Positions 18,162 through 29,582 of a stretch of 36,419 nt of DNA are shown here, piece by piece. The DNA lies in NCBI GenBank assembly GCA_049646405.1, contig JBARVT010000223.1, positions 1-36,419 on the forward strand, given 5' to 3'. The DNA comes from Alteraurantiacibacter sp. (GTDB lineage: Bacteria > Pseudomonadota > Alphaproteobacteria > Sphingomonadales > Sphingomonadaceae). How positions within the stretch are numbered: position 1 is the stretch's first letter; each line of letters starts with the position of its first letter. The notes under the pieces are model-generated. The model did not search any database. It saw only the letters and a list, made by a program, of their open reading frames with translations, and was not told the origin of the DNA. Both the position numbers and the translations under genes were made by a program.

Positions 18162-20179
18162 GTGAGGGTATCTTCAGAACGCGCGGTCGGATCCTCGCGC
18201 GGACTGAAGAACTCGTCGCTTGCTTCCTCCGGTCCGGCGACCGCTGCACGCGCTTCGGCATCGACCTGCTTCGCCAGCGTTATCGGCTCTGGCGCGGGTG
18301 GCAGGTCGACACCCGCCGCCGTGGCGTAGGCCGCATACTGGCGGTCCAGACGCTGCTGCGCCGTCCCGCCCCATTGCTCCTCAAGCGGATACAGCGCTTC
18401 CAGCCCCTTCTGTGGATCGAACAGATAAGTCATCACATCGCGAGCAACCGGATACGCCGCGCCAGACCCGCCACCATGCTCGATCACGACGGCACCGGCA
18501 TAGCGCGGGTTATCGAACGGTGCGAAGAAGACAAAGAGGCCGTGATCGCGATATTTCCATGGACCGGACTTGCCGTTGGATACGCTCAGGCTGACGACCT
18601 GCGCGGTGCCGGTCTTGCCAGCCAGCAACACATCTTCGAGGGGCAGCTTCGCGCGTCCTGCGGTTCCCGGTCCGTTCACGACGTCGCTCATCGCTTGGCG
18701 GACATAGGCAATTTCGTCCGGGCGATAATCCATCGAGGCAAACCGCGGCTTGGTATCCGATTTGAGCAACGATGGCGTCAGTTCGCGGCCCGTCGCGATA
18801 CGGGCGGACATGACCGCAAGTTGCAACGGGCTGGTGAGATAATAGCCCTGGCCGATAGAGGCATTTACCGTGTCGTAGGGCTGCCAGTCCTCCCCATATT
18901 TCTCGCGCTTCCAAGAAGGATCGGGCACAGTGCCGAAAAACTGGCTGGCTACAGGCAACTCGAATTGCTGGCCGAGACCGAACCGCCTGGCGTATGCCGC
19001 GACCTTATCAAAACCGACTTGCTGCGCGAAGTGATAGAAATAGCTATCGCAACTCTGGTAAATCGCCTTGGCCATGTCTACCCGGCCATGATTGCTCCAG
19101 CAGTTGAAGAACCGATTGCCGATGCGCCTGCCGCCATTGCACATGATCGCTTCGCTCGGGTCGATACCCTCATGCATGAACGCCATCGAGTGCATCGGCT
19201 TGACCGTGGATCCGGGGGGGTAGAGGCCCTTCAAGGTCTTATTTCGGAGCGGCACACGGTCGTTCTCGGCCAGCATCGAATATTCGACCCGACCTATTCC
19301 ATCGGAGAAACTGTTCGGGTCGAAGCTGGGCATCGATGCCATGCAGAGCAATTCGCCGCTTTCGCAGTCCATGACAACGACCGAGCCACTCTCGAGCCCG
19401 AGGCGGCGCGCGGCATAGTCCTGCAACGGGCCGTCAATGGTGAGACGGATGGCGTTGCCCTGCACATCCTCGCGCATCTCCAGGTCGCGCACTATGCGCC
19501 CGCCGGCCGTCACTTCCACGCGGCGTGCGCCGGGCTCTCCGCGCAACGTCTGCTCGAACTGCTGCTCCAGCCCGTCCTTGCCGAGCTTGAACCCAGGCGT
19601 CATCAGCAGCGGCTGCGGTTCAAGGTCGTATTCCTCGCGACTCGGCGCGCCGACATAGCCGATCAAATGCCCGACTGAAGCACCCGTGGGATAAAAGCGC
19701 GAGAAGCCGCGCTGCGGAACCACGCCGGGCAGTTCAGGAAGGCGCACGCTGACGGCGGCAAACTTTTCGTACGCAAGGCCGCTGGCGACGGGAACGGCAG
19801 AAAAGCCGCGCGAATCTTTCAAGCGCTCTCGCAAGTCGATCTTTTCGACATCTGTGAAATCGAGCAATTCGCCGAGTAGCTCGACCGTACGCTCCGGGTC
19901 GTGCAGCCGTTCAGGAATTATGTCGACGCGGAAGTCGGCGCGGTTCGAGGCGAGGGGAGAACCGTTGCGATCGAGAATCCAGCCACGTCGCGGCGGAATG
20001 AGCGAGAGGTTCACCCGGTTGCTCTCGGATTCCAGCGTATACTTCTCGTTCTCGGCGACGGCGATATAGCCCATGCGCGCGGCAAGCAGGCAGCCGATGC
20101 CACCCTGTATCGCGCCCACCACGAAGCTGCGCCGATCGAATGTCTGCTTGAGCGAGTTTGAGGTAAGCTTTCCAACCAT
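18158..20179 (-). CDS. mrdA: Penicillin-binding protein 2
   Basis: Probable start MVGKLT at 20179; PRRGWILDRNG, YPPGSTVKP (SxxK), SCDSYFY, GKTGTAQV; in the mre operon. Confidence 0.96.
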   Translation of the reverse strand: MVGKLTSNSLKQTFDRRSFVVGAIQGGIGCLLAARMGYIAVAENEKYTLESESNRVNLSLIPPRRGWILDRNGSPLASNRADFRVDIIPERLHDPERTVELLGELLDFTDVEKIDLRERLKDSRGFSAVPVASGLAYEKFAAVSVRLPELPGVVPQRGFSRFYPTGASVGHLIGYVGAPSREEYDLEPQPLLMTPGFKLGKDGLEQQFEQTLRGEPGARRVEVTAGGRIVRDLEMREDVQGNAIRLTIDGPLQDYAARRLGLESGSVVVMDCESGELLCMASMPSFDPNSFSDGIGRVEYSMLAENDRVPLRNKTLKGLYPPGSTVKPMHSMAFMHEGIDPSEAIMCNGGRRIGNRFFNCWSNHGRVDMAKAIYQSCDSYFYHFAQQVGFDKVAAYARRFGLGQQFELPVASQFFGTVPDPSWKREKYGEDWQPYDTVNASIGQGYYLTSPLQLAVMSARIATGRELTPSLLKSDTKPRFASMDYRPDEIAYVRQAMSDVVNGPGTAGRAKLPLEDVLLAGKTGTAQVVSLSVSNGKSGPWKYRDHGLFVFFAPFDNPRYAGAVVIEHGGGSGAAYPVARDVMTYLFDPQKGLEALYPLEEQWGGTAQQRLDRQYAAYATAAGVDLPPAPEPITLAKQVDAEARAAVAGPEEASDEFFSPREDPTARSEDTLT

Positions 20180-20183
20180 ATAC

Positions 20184-20738
20184 TCAGCCCAATCGGCGCA
20201 CGCGTGTGAGGCGCATGCGATCCATAAGCGAGACAAGCTGCGCTACGACGGGGAATGCCATGATCGACAGGGCTAGCTGCGGCAAAATGAGGGAAAGCTG
20301 AACCGCCGAAAAGTTCGCACCGGACAGAACCGCAGTTAGCACGAGATAGGCGGAGATGCACAGCGAGGCCACCCCCCAGTCCTGCCAAAAACCGCGCCAG
20401 GGAAAGCGCACCTCAATCAGATCAAGCGCGATCATTGTGACCGAAAAGAACAGGATACCCGAGCCGAGTGGCTGGCCGGAGTACAGGTCGTCGAAAAAAC
20501 CGAGCGGCAGTCCAGCCCACAGCGGAAGGATGCCGGGGCGGGGCACGCGCCATGCGAGAAGGAAAATATAGCCCATCGGTGGCACGATGGGTGCCAGCGC
20601 GATGATCGGCAGCATCGGCACCAGCGAACCGAGCAGGATCGTCAGCCACGGCACACCATAGGCGAGAACGGGCGAATGTGCGCGATTTATCTTGCTGCCG
20701 AACTGGTCGCGCCGCGCATTGGGATTGAGCCGCTCCAC
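20184..20738 (-). CDS. mreD: Rod shape-determining protein MreD
   Basis: Hydrophobic protein with LGFFDDLYSGQPLG, between mreC and mrdA; probable GTG start at 20738 with GAGG RBS. Confidence 0.88.
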   Translation of the reverse strand: MERLNPNARRDQFGSKINRAHSPVLAYGVPWLTILLGSLVPMLPIIALAPIVPPMGYIFLLAWRVPRPGILPLWAGLPLGFFDDLYSGQPLGSGILFFSVTMIALDLIEVRFPWRGFWQDWGVASLCISAYLVLTAVLSGANFSAVQLSLILPQLALSIMAFPVVAQLVSLMDRMRLTRVRRLG

Positions 20739-20742
20739 GCGA

Positions 20743-21663
20743 CTATTCCTCGTCCGATACGACGTCGGCGACCTCGTCGACGGGCTGCTCGGCGAGCGGC
20801 GGCTGTTCGGCGGCAAGGATTGCCTCGGGCTCGAAAATCGGCTGGACCATGACGAAATCGGTTGCTGCGGGATTGCTGAGGAGCTGGCCTATAGCGCCGT
20901 CATCGGTGATCTTGCTCACCATGGCGACGGCGACGCCGGGCCGGAATAGCCCGCCTGCGCCGGAAGTGACGAAGATATCGCCTTCCTCGAGTGGATTGAT
21001 ACCGAGATTGATGAGGCGGATGCGCAAGCTGCCATCGGCGCGTCCCTCTGCGAAGGCAACCACGTCGTCGGTGGCGCGGCGCACGGGGACAATACTTTCG
21101 GGGTCCGTCAAAAGCAGGACGCGCGAGGTGCTGCGGCCAGCTTCGAGGATGCGCCCGACCAGGCCCATCGATGAGGTGACCGGCATGCCCACCGTCACGC
21201 CATCGCTACGCCCGGCGGATAGGTAGCCGAAGCGTCGCACACTGGAAGAAGTGGAGCCGATCAGGCGGCCAGTTGCAACGACCTCTTCATTGCCTTCGAC
21301 CAAGTCGAGCAATGCCTTCAGCCGCGCGTTCTCCTGCTCCAACGCGACCGCCTCTGCCAGTCGAACGCGGGCGACCTCGACTTCCTGCTCCAGCTCGGCA
21401 TTCTTCGATCCCGCGTTGTAGTAGCCAGCGATCGCCTCGAAGAAGCCGCGCGAGGTTGTGCGACCAGCGGCGCCCGCTTCTCCGACAGGGGCGGCGGCGT
21501 CGGTCGCCATGCTGCGCAGGCCGTAAAAGGTTTCAGGACGCCACAGCGAGATAATCAGCAGCAGCGCGCCAATCAGTGCACCCGCGCTAGCGAAGACATA
21601 GCCGGTAAAGCGCCCCATCTGGGCGCGCTTGTTCGTTCCCGATTGCGCCGATGGCGGTGCCAT
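20743..21663 (-). CDS. mreC: Rod shape-determining protein MreC
   Basis: N-terminal TM, LEQENARLKALL coiled coil, GLVGRI, SRVLLLTDPES, VTSGAGGLFRPGVAV. Confidence 0.94.
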   Translation of the reverse strand: MAPPSAQSGTNKRAQMGRFTGYVFASAGALIGALLLIISLWRPETFYGLRSMATDAAAPVGEAGAAGRTTSRGFFEAIAGYYNAGSKNAELEQEVEVARVRLAEAVALEQENARLKALLDLVEGNEEVVATGRLIGSTSSSVRRFGYLSAGRSDGVTVGMPVTSSMGLVGRILEAGRSTSRVLLLTDPESIVPVRRATDDVVAFAEGRADGSLRIRLINLGINPLEEGDIFVTSGAGGLFRPGVAVAMVSKITDDGAIGQLLSNPAATDFVMVQPIFEPEAILAAEQPPLAEQPVDEVADVVSDEE

Positions 21664-21687
21664 GCGGGCACGCTCCCCTGTTATGCG

Positions 21688-22734
<1,047 letters not shown>

Positions 22735-22916
22735 TTAACCCGTTGCTGGAATTGCCGCCGAGAACCGCAGGAATTCGCGGTGAGACGATTCTGCGATACG
22801 GAAAGTGGCGCTCCTTAACGCGCCCTTCGGCGAAACGCCAAAAAATTTGTCGAAAACACCGCAGATTTGCACCGGTTCAGCTCGAAAATACGCTGGCGGG
22901 CCTTTAGGATGGTCCG

Positions 22917-24728
22917 ATGCCCGAAATTCGCCGCCTCCCCGAAATGCTCGTGAACCGGATTGCGGCGGGTGAGGTGGTGGAGCGCCCGGCCTCGGCGCTC
23001 AAGGAGATTGTCGAGAACGCCGTTGACGCCGGCGCACGGCGGATCGTCGTGCAGATTGCCGAGGGTGGGCTCGGCGCAATCTGCGTGACCGACGATGGCT
23101 GCGGCATGTCGCCGGGACAGATAGAGTTGGCGCTGGAACGGCATGCGACTTCAAAACTCCCCAACGAGGCCATCGAGCAAGTTGCCACGCTAGGCTTTCG
23201 CGGGGAGGCCCTTCCATCTATCGGCAGCGTAGCGCGACTGATTATCGAGAGCCGGCCGCACGGCGAACCACAGGGCTGGCGGCGGATGGTCGATCATGGC
23301 GTGCTCGTAGAAGAAGGGCCGGTCGCACTTCCGCCCGGGACGCGGGTGCGGGTGGAAAACCTTTTCAAGAAGATCCCCGCGCGTCGCAAATTCCTGCGCA
23401 CCGCGCGGAGCGAATATGCGGCCTGTCGCGATGTAATCCGGCGTCTTGCAATGGCGCGGCCCGACATCGCCTTCACCTTCGAACATGGTGAGCGGCGCAT
23501 CTTTGCAGTGCAAGGGAGGCAGGATGCTGCAGAGCGTGTATCGCAGATCGTCGCTCGCGAACTCGCGGGCAATTCGGTCGCCATCGATCTCGAGCGACTG
23601 AGCGGCGAGGGCATGATGCGCTTGACGGGGATTGCGGGGCTGCCGACCTTCAATCGCGGCGTGGCGGATCACCAGTACCTGTTCGTGAACGGCCGCCCGG
23701 TGAAGGACCGGCTGCTGTCGGGCGCGGTGCGCGGAGCTTATGCGGATATGCTGGCGCGCGACCGGCATGCGGTGCTGGCGCTGTTCCTCGATATCCCCTT
23801 CGCCGATGTCGATGTGAACGTGCATCCGGCCAAGACCGAGGTCCGCTTCCGTGACGCGGCGGCGGTACGCGGTTTCATCGTTAGCGGTTTGCGCGGGGCG
23901 CTTTCCACCGGAGATCGTCGCAGCGCGCAGGCGCCCGATAGTGGCGCGATGGGGCGTTGGCAGGCGGAGCCAGCCGAGCCTTCGCCTGTTTTGCGCTCGA
24001 TTTTCGCAGGAAGGGACTGGAGCGCGCGGTCGCGGGTCGCCGATGCGGGCGCGGATTGGGTGGGACCGCAGGGCGACGTCGAAACGCTCGCCTCGCCGCA
24101 GGGCAGGGCAGAGGCTGCCGAACCCCTGCCAGGAAACGCGGAGGACTATCCGCTCGGCATCGCGCGGGGTCAGGTAGCCAGCACCTATATCGTGGCCGAG
24201 GCGGCGGACGGGCTTGTCCTTGTCGACCAGCACGCCGCGCATGAGCGCATCGTGCTCGAACGCCTGCGCGCGGCAGGAGCGGGCGACAAGGTCGCGGCGA
24301 GCCAGGCTTTGCTTATGCCCGAGGTTGTCGAACTGGACGAGGCCGATTGCGACCGGCTGGAGGAACAGGCAGAGCATTTCGCGACGCTCGGCCTCGCCAT
24401 CGAACGGTTCGGGCCGGACGCAATGTTGGTGCGCGCCATGCCAGGGGTGCTCAAGAAGGCCGATCCGCATGCGCTGCTCCGCGATCTTGCCGATGATATT
24501 GCCGAGCACGGTGCGTCGCTGCTGCTGTCGGAGAAGATCGAGTACGTTCTCGCCACCATGGCTTGCCATGGGTCGGTGCGCGCGGGACGGATGCTGAACG
24601 TCGCGGAGATGAATGCGTTGCTGCGCGAGATGGAGTCGACACCGCGTTCCGGGCAGTGCAATCATGGCAGGCCCACTTGGGTGAAGCTGTCGATGGACGA
24701 TGTCGAGAAGCTGTTCGGGAGGCATTGA
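22917..24728 (+). CDS. mutL: DNA mismatch repair protein MutL
   Basis: NRIAAGEVVERPAS, RHATSK, LGFRGEALPSI, DVNVHPAKTEVRF, endonuclease DQHAAHERI, and CNHGRPT. Confidence 0.98.
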   Translation: MPEIRRLPEMLVNRIAAGEVVERPASALKEIVENAVDAGARRIVVQIAEGGLGAICVTDDGCGMSPGQIELALERHATSKLPNEAIEQVATLGFRGEALPSIGSVARLIIESRPHGEPQGWRRMVDHGVLVEEGPVALPPGTRVRVENLFKKIPARRKFLRTARSEYAACRDVIRRLAMARPDIAFTFEHGERRIFAVQGRQDAAERVSQIVARELAGNSVAIDLERLSGEGMMRLTGIAGLPTFNRGVADHQYLFVNGRPVKDRLLSGAVRGAYADMLARDRHAVLALFLDIPFADVDVNVHPAKTEVRFRDAAAVRGFIVSGLRGALSTGDRRSAQAPDSGAMGRWQAEPAEPSPVLRSIFAGRDWSARSRVADAGADWVGPQGDVETLASPQGRAEAAEPLPGNAEDYPLGIARGQVASTYIVAEAADGLVLVDQHAAHERIVLERLRAAGAGDKVAASQALLMPEVVELDEADCDRLEEQAEHFATLGLAIERFGPDAMLVRAMPGVLKKADPHALLRDLADDIAEHGASLLLSEKIEYVLATMACHGSVRAGRMLNVAEMNALLREMESTPRSGQCNHGRPTWVKLSMDDVEKLFGRH

Positions 24729-25237
24729 TGCGTTGGATGGCTGCCATTTCCCTGCTCGCTCTGGCCGCGTGTGACGACGGGCCTTCGGCGCAGGATCAGT
24801 TGGCGCAGGACGCCGCCGTCGTCGAACGTGTGCGGCAGGCGAATGAGGAAGGCGCACCGCTCGAACCGGTCGTGCCCGATATCATCACGGCGGCAGACCG
24901 TGAAACGAACGATCTGCTCGGCGATGCATGTATGTACATGCCCGGCACCAGCATGGGGGAGAGGGTGATCGCGCGCGAGGCGGATGCCTTCATGAAGATC
25001 GACGGTGAGATGGTGCGCTTCGCCGCCGATCCCGGATCGCGCCCGCTGCCTGCCAATACGCGAACCCTATATAATGGGCGGGGCTATGCGCTGCGGCTTG
25101 CCGTCGAGGGGAATGGCGAGGGGACGGTATTCCTCTATGACCGCTTTGACCGCACGGTCTATACCGGCAGCGGCGCAGTCGATTGCGGCGAACTGGATGC
25201 CGCCGCTCCGCCTGCTGCATCGTCAGCCGAACAATAG
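24728..25237 (+). CDS. Hypothetical lipoprotein
   Basis: Start coupled to the mutL stop (TGATG); lipobox MRWMAAISLLALAAC. Confidence 0.75.
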   Translation: MRWMAAISLLALAACDDGPSAQDQLAQDAAVVERVRQANEEGAPLEPVVPDIITAADRETNDLLGDACMYMPGTSMGERVIAREADAFMKIDGEMVRFAADPGSRPLPANTRTLYNGRGYALRLAVEGNGEGTVFLYDRFDRTVYTGSGAVDCGELDAAAPPAASSAEQ

Positions 25238-26005
25238 CTGTCCGCCCATCCAGGCCGCCATCGCCATCATGGCAAGGTTCTCGCTCAGCGACACGAAGCC
25301 CAGCGGCACACTCGCGCTCCCGCCGACGCAGGCGCATTTGAGCTCGCGCTTCTGGATGTAGACGGCGTAGACCACGCTTGCTGCGCCAATGGTGCCGATA
25401 AAGGCAGCAACGGGGATCGAAATCCACGGCAGCACGCGCCCCGCCATCAAGATGGCCGCCAGCGCTTCCAGATACGGATAGGCGTAGGCGTAAGGCACGA
25501 ACCGCTTCGCCAGCAGGTCATAGCCCAGAAACATGGAGCTGAATTTCTCCACGTCCTGCAGCTTGAGCATGGCGAGCATTGCCATTGAGAAGGCGACGAA
25601 CCACTCGACCGCGCGCACCGTCAGCAGCGTATCGAACGCCCACCAATTGAGCGACAACGACAAGCCCAGGGCGACTGCGAACACCGCAAGCACCGGGCGA
25701 TAGCTGACAGCATCCTTCTCCGGCAACGGGTTGCCGAAATAGGCGCGCAAGTCGGTATAGCCGCCGATCCGGTCGCCGCCGATAAAGGTCTGCGGCGTCG
25801 TCTTCACTCCGTGCTCCGCTTTGAACGCGTCCGTTTCCTCGCGCGTCGTGAGCGGATGGTCCGTCACCGTGTAGCCTTTGCTTTCCAGCAGCCATTTCGA
25901 CTTCAGGCCATAGGGACAGACATGCTTGTCCATCACCATGCGATAGAGGCGCGCGGTCTTGCCACCGCGCGCCTCTGCATTGGGGGTATTCGAAAGGTTG
26001 TTCAT
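25223..26005 (-). CDS. Glutaredoxin-MauE/DoxX fusion membrane protein
   Basis: CPYG, TTPQTFIGGDRIGGYTDL (Grx fold), then TM helices with YDLLA, YPYLE and CACVGG..PLGFVSLSEN. Confidence 0.85.
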   Translation of the reverse strand: MNNLSNTPNAEARGGKTARLYRMVMDKHVCPYGLKSKWLLESKGYTVTDHPLTTREETDAFKAEHGVKTTPQTFIGGDRIGGYTDLRAYFGNPLPEKDAVSYRPVLAVFAVALGLSLSLNWWAFDTLLTVRAVEWFVAFSMAMLAMLKLQDVEKFSSMFLGYDLLAKRFVPYAYAYPYLEALAAILMAGRVLPWISIPVAAFIGTIGAASVVYAVYIQKRELKCACVGGSASVPLGFVSLSENLAMMAMAAWMGGQLLFG

Positions 26006-26838
26006 GTACGGAATTTGGGGATCCCTGCGTTGGAGTCCAGTTCCGGAATGATGCGATAGCGCGCCAGGATCAGGCTGAAGATGCCGAACAGCAGCAGTCC
26101 GATCGCGGTCAGCGTAAAGATCAGACCCTGTCCAGCAAGGCTGGCCACGGCATCGCCAAGCGTCTTCACCTGCTCGGCGCCAGCCGACATGAAGCCAGCT
26201 TTGAAAAGCGACCAGCCGATAACAGCGTAAACAACGCCGCGCGCCAGAAAGCCCGCGCCGCCGAGCCAGCGGGTGAAGTCAGGCGCCTGTCCGCTAATGC
26301 GATGCATAAAATCGCCGGAGATTCCCTTCTTCGCCTGAAAGATAGCCACCACGAAGAAGATCACGCCCAGCAGGCCGATCACCGTTCCGCCGAAGTCCAT
26401 CGATAGGACGCCCGACGCCGCATCCTGCGCACCCCCGCCGGACGAACCTGAACCCGAGTCGCCGGCGCTGCCGCCCGATGCGCCCGTGTTGCTGTTGGCA
26501 AACTGGAGCGCGGAGTAGGCGAGAGCAAGGTGGCCGATGCCCGAGCCGGCATGGCCGACGCGCTTGGCCCACCCTTTCCCGTCAGAGCCGTTATTCTCAA
26601 TATCGAAGAAGAGCGAGCAGAAGCGGAACAGCGCATAAGCGGTAAGGCCGATGACCATGATCCAAAGGATGATGGTTCCTGCGGGGTAGTTCTCGATGGC
26701 CTGGAAGATGCCATTCGTACCTTGCGCGATTTGCTGCGCGCTGGTGAGGGCGATGAGGCCCAGCACCGAATAGAGGATGGCGCGGCTGAAATAGCCCACG
26801 CGGACCAACCAATTGAACTTCTCGGATTTGTCGACCAT
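26002..26838 (-). CDS. DUF1206 membrane protein
   Basis: Repeated RxGy.aRg.vY units (RVGYFSRAILY, GAGFLARGVVY), GLLLFGIFSLILARYR. Confidence 0.82.
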   Translation of the reverse strand: MVDKSEKFNWLVRVGYFSRAILYSVLGLIALTSAQQIAQGTNGIFQAIENYPAGTIILWIMVIGLTAYALFRFCSLFFDIENNGSDGKGWAKRVGHAGSGIGHLALAYSALQFANSNTGASGGSAGDSGSGSSGGGAQDAASGVLSMDFGGTVIGLLGVIFFVVAIFQAKKGISGDFMHRISGQAPDFTRWLGGAGFLARGVVYAVIGWSLFKAGFMSAGAEQVKTLGDAVASLAGQGLIFTLTAIGLLLFGIFSLILARYRIIPELDSNAGIPKFRT

Positions 26839-26870
26839 CGCGACGGTTCTCCCTGTTGAGTTTTGCCACC

Positions 26871-26895
26871 AACGGGCGACCGCGCGAATGGTGCC
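26871..26895 (-). promoter_or_regulatory. Possible EcfG-type promoter GGCAC-N16-CGTT
   Basis: Minus strand GGCAC cattcgcgcggtcgcc CGTT, about 33 nt upstream of the DUF1206 start; one mismatch to consensus. Confidence 0.45.
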
Positions 26896-27070
26896 GAAAG
26901 GACAAGGTCTTACAGGTCTTACACAGTCCAGAAAGCAAAACGCATTCCGTTACCCGGACGCGCCAGAGTGTCACCGGAAAGGCGAGAATATCACTCGCAG
27001 TGCGAAGGCAAGAGGCGAAATTCGGCATGCGGTGGACCCAAGCACATCCGTCGCGGAGTAGGACAGCGCG

Positions 27071-27814
27071 TTAGCGCAGGCGCTTCACATACAAGTGCTT
27101 GTTGTTGTCGCGCCGCTCGACCTGAAACTGGCCGACGGCCTCGAACAGGTCGGACAATCGCTTGAAGCCGTAATTGCGCACGTCAAAACTGGAGCGGTTG
27201 CCTGCGATATTGCCGACTTCGCTGAGCGAGGCGAAACCCTTGTCGTCGCGCTTGGCGGCCTTCCACGCCGTGGCAAGCAGTTCTACCAGCTCCTCGTCGA
27301 TCTCGCCTTTTGCCGAAGCGGCGGGTGCAGCTTTCGCATCGCTACCAATCTCCGGCTCGTCCGAAGCACCCTTGATCAGCGCGTCGATATCGATGAAGCG
27401 GGTGCAGGCGCTCTTGAAGGCTTGCGGCGTCTTGCTCGTGCTGCCGAAGCCATAAACGACCAGCCCGTCCTGCCGAAGACGCGTAACGAGCGGCGTGAAA
27501 TCGCTGTCCGAGGACATGATCCCGAACCCGTCTACCTTGCCTTGGTACAGCAGGTCGATCGCATCGATCGTCATCGCCATGTCGGTGGCGTTCTTGCCCG
27601 CCGTCAGGTCGAATTGCTGCTGTGGGCGGATGCCGTAGCGATGCGTAATCTTGTCCCAGTTGGCGAGATTGTTTTTCGCGAAATTGCCATAGGCTCGCTT
27701 GATATTCACCTGTCCCAGCTCGGCCATTACGGTCAGCACCGGGTCGATGCCCTTCGGCGTCGTATTGTCCGCGTCAATGAGCAGGGCGATGTTCTGGAGT
27801 TCGGCGACTGACAT
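27071..27814 (-). CDS. NYN (LabA/DUF88-like PIN fold) protein with C-terminal OST-HTH/LOTUS domain
   Basis: ALLIDADN, KRAYGN, GKNATDMAMTIDA, SSDSDFTPL; C-terminal SFDVRNYGFKRLSDLF. Confidence 0.9.
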   Translation of the reverse strand: MSVAELQNIALLIDADNTTPKGIDPVLTVMAELGQVNIKRAYGNFAKNNLANWDKITHRYGIRPQQQFDLTAGKNATDMAMTIDAIDLLYQGKVDGFGIMSSDSDFTPLVTRLRQDGLVVYGFGSTSKTPQAFKSACTRFIDIDALIKGASDEPEIGSDAKAAPAASAKGEIDEELVELLATAWKAAKRDDKGFASLSEVGNIAGNRSSFDVRNYGFKRLSDLFEAVGQFQVERRDNNKHLYVKRLR

Positions 27815-27820
27815 GCGCGG

Positions 27821-28306
27821 CTATGTGGCGGGGGAGGACGGCGATGACAAGGCAGGAAGCGGCTCTGCGCGTTTCAACGTCAGTATTTCCTCGCCCTGCA
27901 TGTAAAGATGTTCTCCGTCAGCGGAAAGCCAGGCCGTGGAGTGTCGCCAGAAACTCTCTTCTGCATCGCTCACAAGGTTGCGATCTTTCAGCCAACCCGG
28001 CCCGCACCCGGCGCTCGTGATGATTATGTCATCCGAAAACTCCACGCGGTTGCCGTGGAGCCGATATGTTCCGGACCATCGATTGCAATTGATTGCTCCG
28101 GCTACACTGTTACCCGCTCCGAAGGTGACCGATACCGCGCGCGGTGCCGCCCGATCCCCATACTGCGTGGACGCCCACGAGCCCATGAGGTTCGCTTCTA
28201 TCGGTCGTACAGAAATAATTTCGGCTGCCTCCGGCGGCACGGTGGCACACCCGCAAGGCGCGAGCATCGGCCCGCAGAGAATCGTGACGATTCGTCTCTT
28301 TATCAT
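27821..28306 (-). CDS. META/HslJ-like domain protein, possible lipoprotein
   Basis: VAGAINCNRWSGTY and ITSAGC motifs; probable start MIKRR at 28306 (ORF open from 28342). Confidence 0.6.
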   Translation of the reverse strand: MIKRRIVTILCGPMLAPCGCATVPPEAAEIISVRPIEANLMGSWASTQYGDRAAPRAVSVTFGAGNSVAGAINCNRWSGTYRLHGNRVEFSDDIIITSAGCGPGWLKDRNLVSDAEESFWRHSTAWLSADGEHLYMQGEEILTLKRAEPLPALSSPSSPAT

Positions 28307-28351
28307 CCTGCGAATACCGAAAGCGTCGAGAGAAGATTCCATGCGCCAGTA

Positions 28352-29371
28352 TCAGCCGACTGGTACTTCGTCCTTCCTCGTCGAAAGCGACGCGCGAAAG
28401 CCACCGTCAAGCACGGTCAGCGCATGGCTCGCACCGGCCTGCTGGGCGAAGGCTGCCATCAGGCTGGAGCCAAGGCCGCCCGATGCGTCCGATGTCGCGC
28501 CGCGTCCGACGCCATTGTCCTCGATCGACAGCCGCCATTTGCTACCTGTGACGTGGAAATACACGCCGATCGTGCCGGCTCTGCCATGAGGGAAAGCGTA
28601 CTTCAGTGCATTGGAAAGCGCCTCGTTGACATAAAGGCCGATGGCGACCGCTTTCTCGCGCTCCAGCTCGATATCCTCGATCTCCCGATAAAGGATGACG
28701 TTGTCGGGAAGCGCGGCCTTCTCCAGACGGTCCAGCAGAATGTCGAGATACTGCCTGATGCCGACATCGCGGATTTCGGCCTTTTCCAGGTCTAGATTCG
28801 AATAGGCCTCGGCAAAGGTGCGCACACGCCCTACGGCATCGTCCAGCGGGCGGTGCAGCGTCTTGTCTGCCAGCCGGTGCTTCTGGATTTCCAGAAAGCT
28901 GGCAACCAGCGCGAAGTTGTTTTTCGTGCGATGTTCGAGTTCGGCGAGCAGGGCGAGCCTGCGATCGGCGGCTCTCCTGATTTCACCCATCGTCTTGTGC
29001 GCGGCTTCGCGAAAGGCTTCCGCGAAAACCAGCACCACGAGACAGCAGACGAAGTTGAGGAGGACGCGCGCGGGATCAGTCGGATTGGTAAAGGCGAGCG
29101 AACCCGGGCCCGGGAGGACATAATACCAGGCCCAGAAAAATGTCGTCAGGAGCGCCACGATTCCGGCGCGCCAATGCCCGTACAGCGTAGCGAGGAGGAC
29201 AGTGGGGTAGATCAGCGCAAACGGCCCGGACGTCGGTGCGAAGACATCGAACACGGTTCGCAATCCCACCATCGCACCGCCGCAGACGAGGCCGAACACA
29301 ACCTGCGCTGCGATCTTGCCAGGACGGCTCAGGAACTGATTCGTAATGTCGAATTGCGCCAGTCTTTGCAT
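28352..29371 (-). CDS. Membrane sensor histidine kinase, HisKA_2/HWE class with DUF4118-like TM input
   Basis: LAELEHRTKNNF H-box, VNEALSNALKYAFP, IEDNGVG, GLGSSLM; N-terminal TM helices. Confidence 0.9.
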   Translation of the reverse strand: MQRLAQFDITNQFLSRPGKIAAQVVFGLVCGGAMVGLRTVFDVFAPTSGPFALIYPTVLLATLYGHWRAGIVALLTTFFWAWYYVLPGPGSLAFTNPTDPARVLLNFVCCLVVLVFAEAFREAAHKTMGEIRRAADRRLALLAELEHRTKNNFALVASFLEIQKHRLADKTLHRPLDDAVGRVRTFAEAYSNLDLEKAEIRDVGIRQYLDILLDRLEKAALPDNVILYREIEDIELEREKAVAIGLYVNEALSNALKYAFPHGRAGTIGVYFHVTGSKWRLSIEDNGVGRGATSDASGGLGSSLMAAFAQQAGASHALTVLDGGFRASLSTRKDEVPVG

Positions 29372-29582
29372 GACCGGTACTCCGCGCGGGCGTAGCGCGG
29401 CATCGCATCATGCGACAACCGCACTTCAGGTGACCCGCATCCTGAAGACGGCAACCTATAGTCTTGAATTATCTGGAAGTCGAATGAGTACGCTGATTCT
29501 TGCGCGCCTGCTTCACCGCGCGGCTCGCGCAGTTGCGCTTGCGGGCGTTGACCAGCGGCAGATGCTGACGCAATGGCCCCCA

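Noticed and set aside
18125..19678. 517-aa plus-strand ORF
   Set aside because: Antisense shadow of mrdA.
23190..24857. 555-aa minus-strand ORF
   Set aside because: Antisense shadow of mutL.
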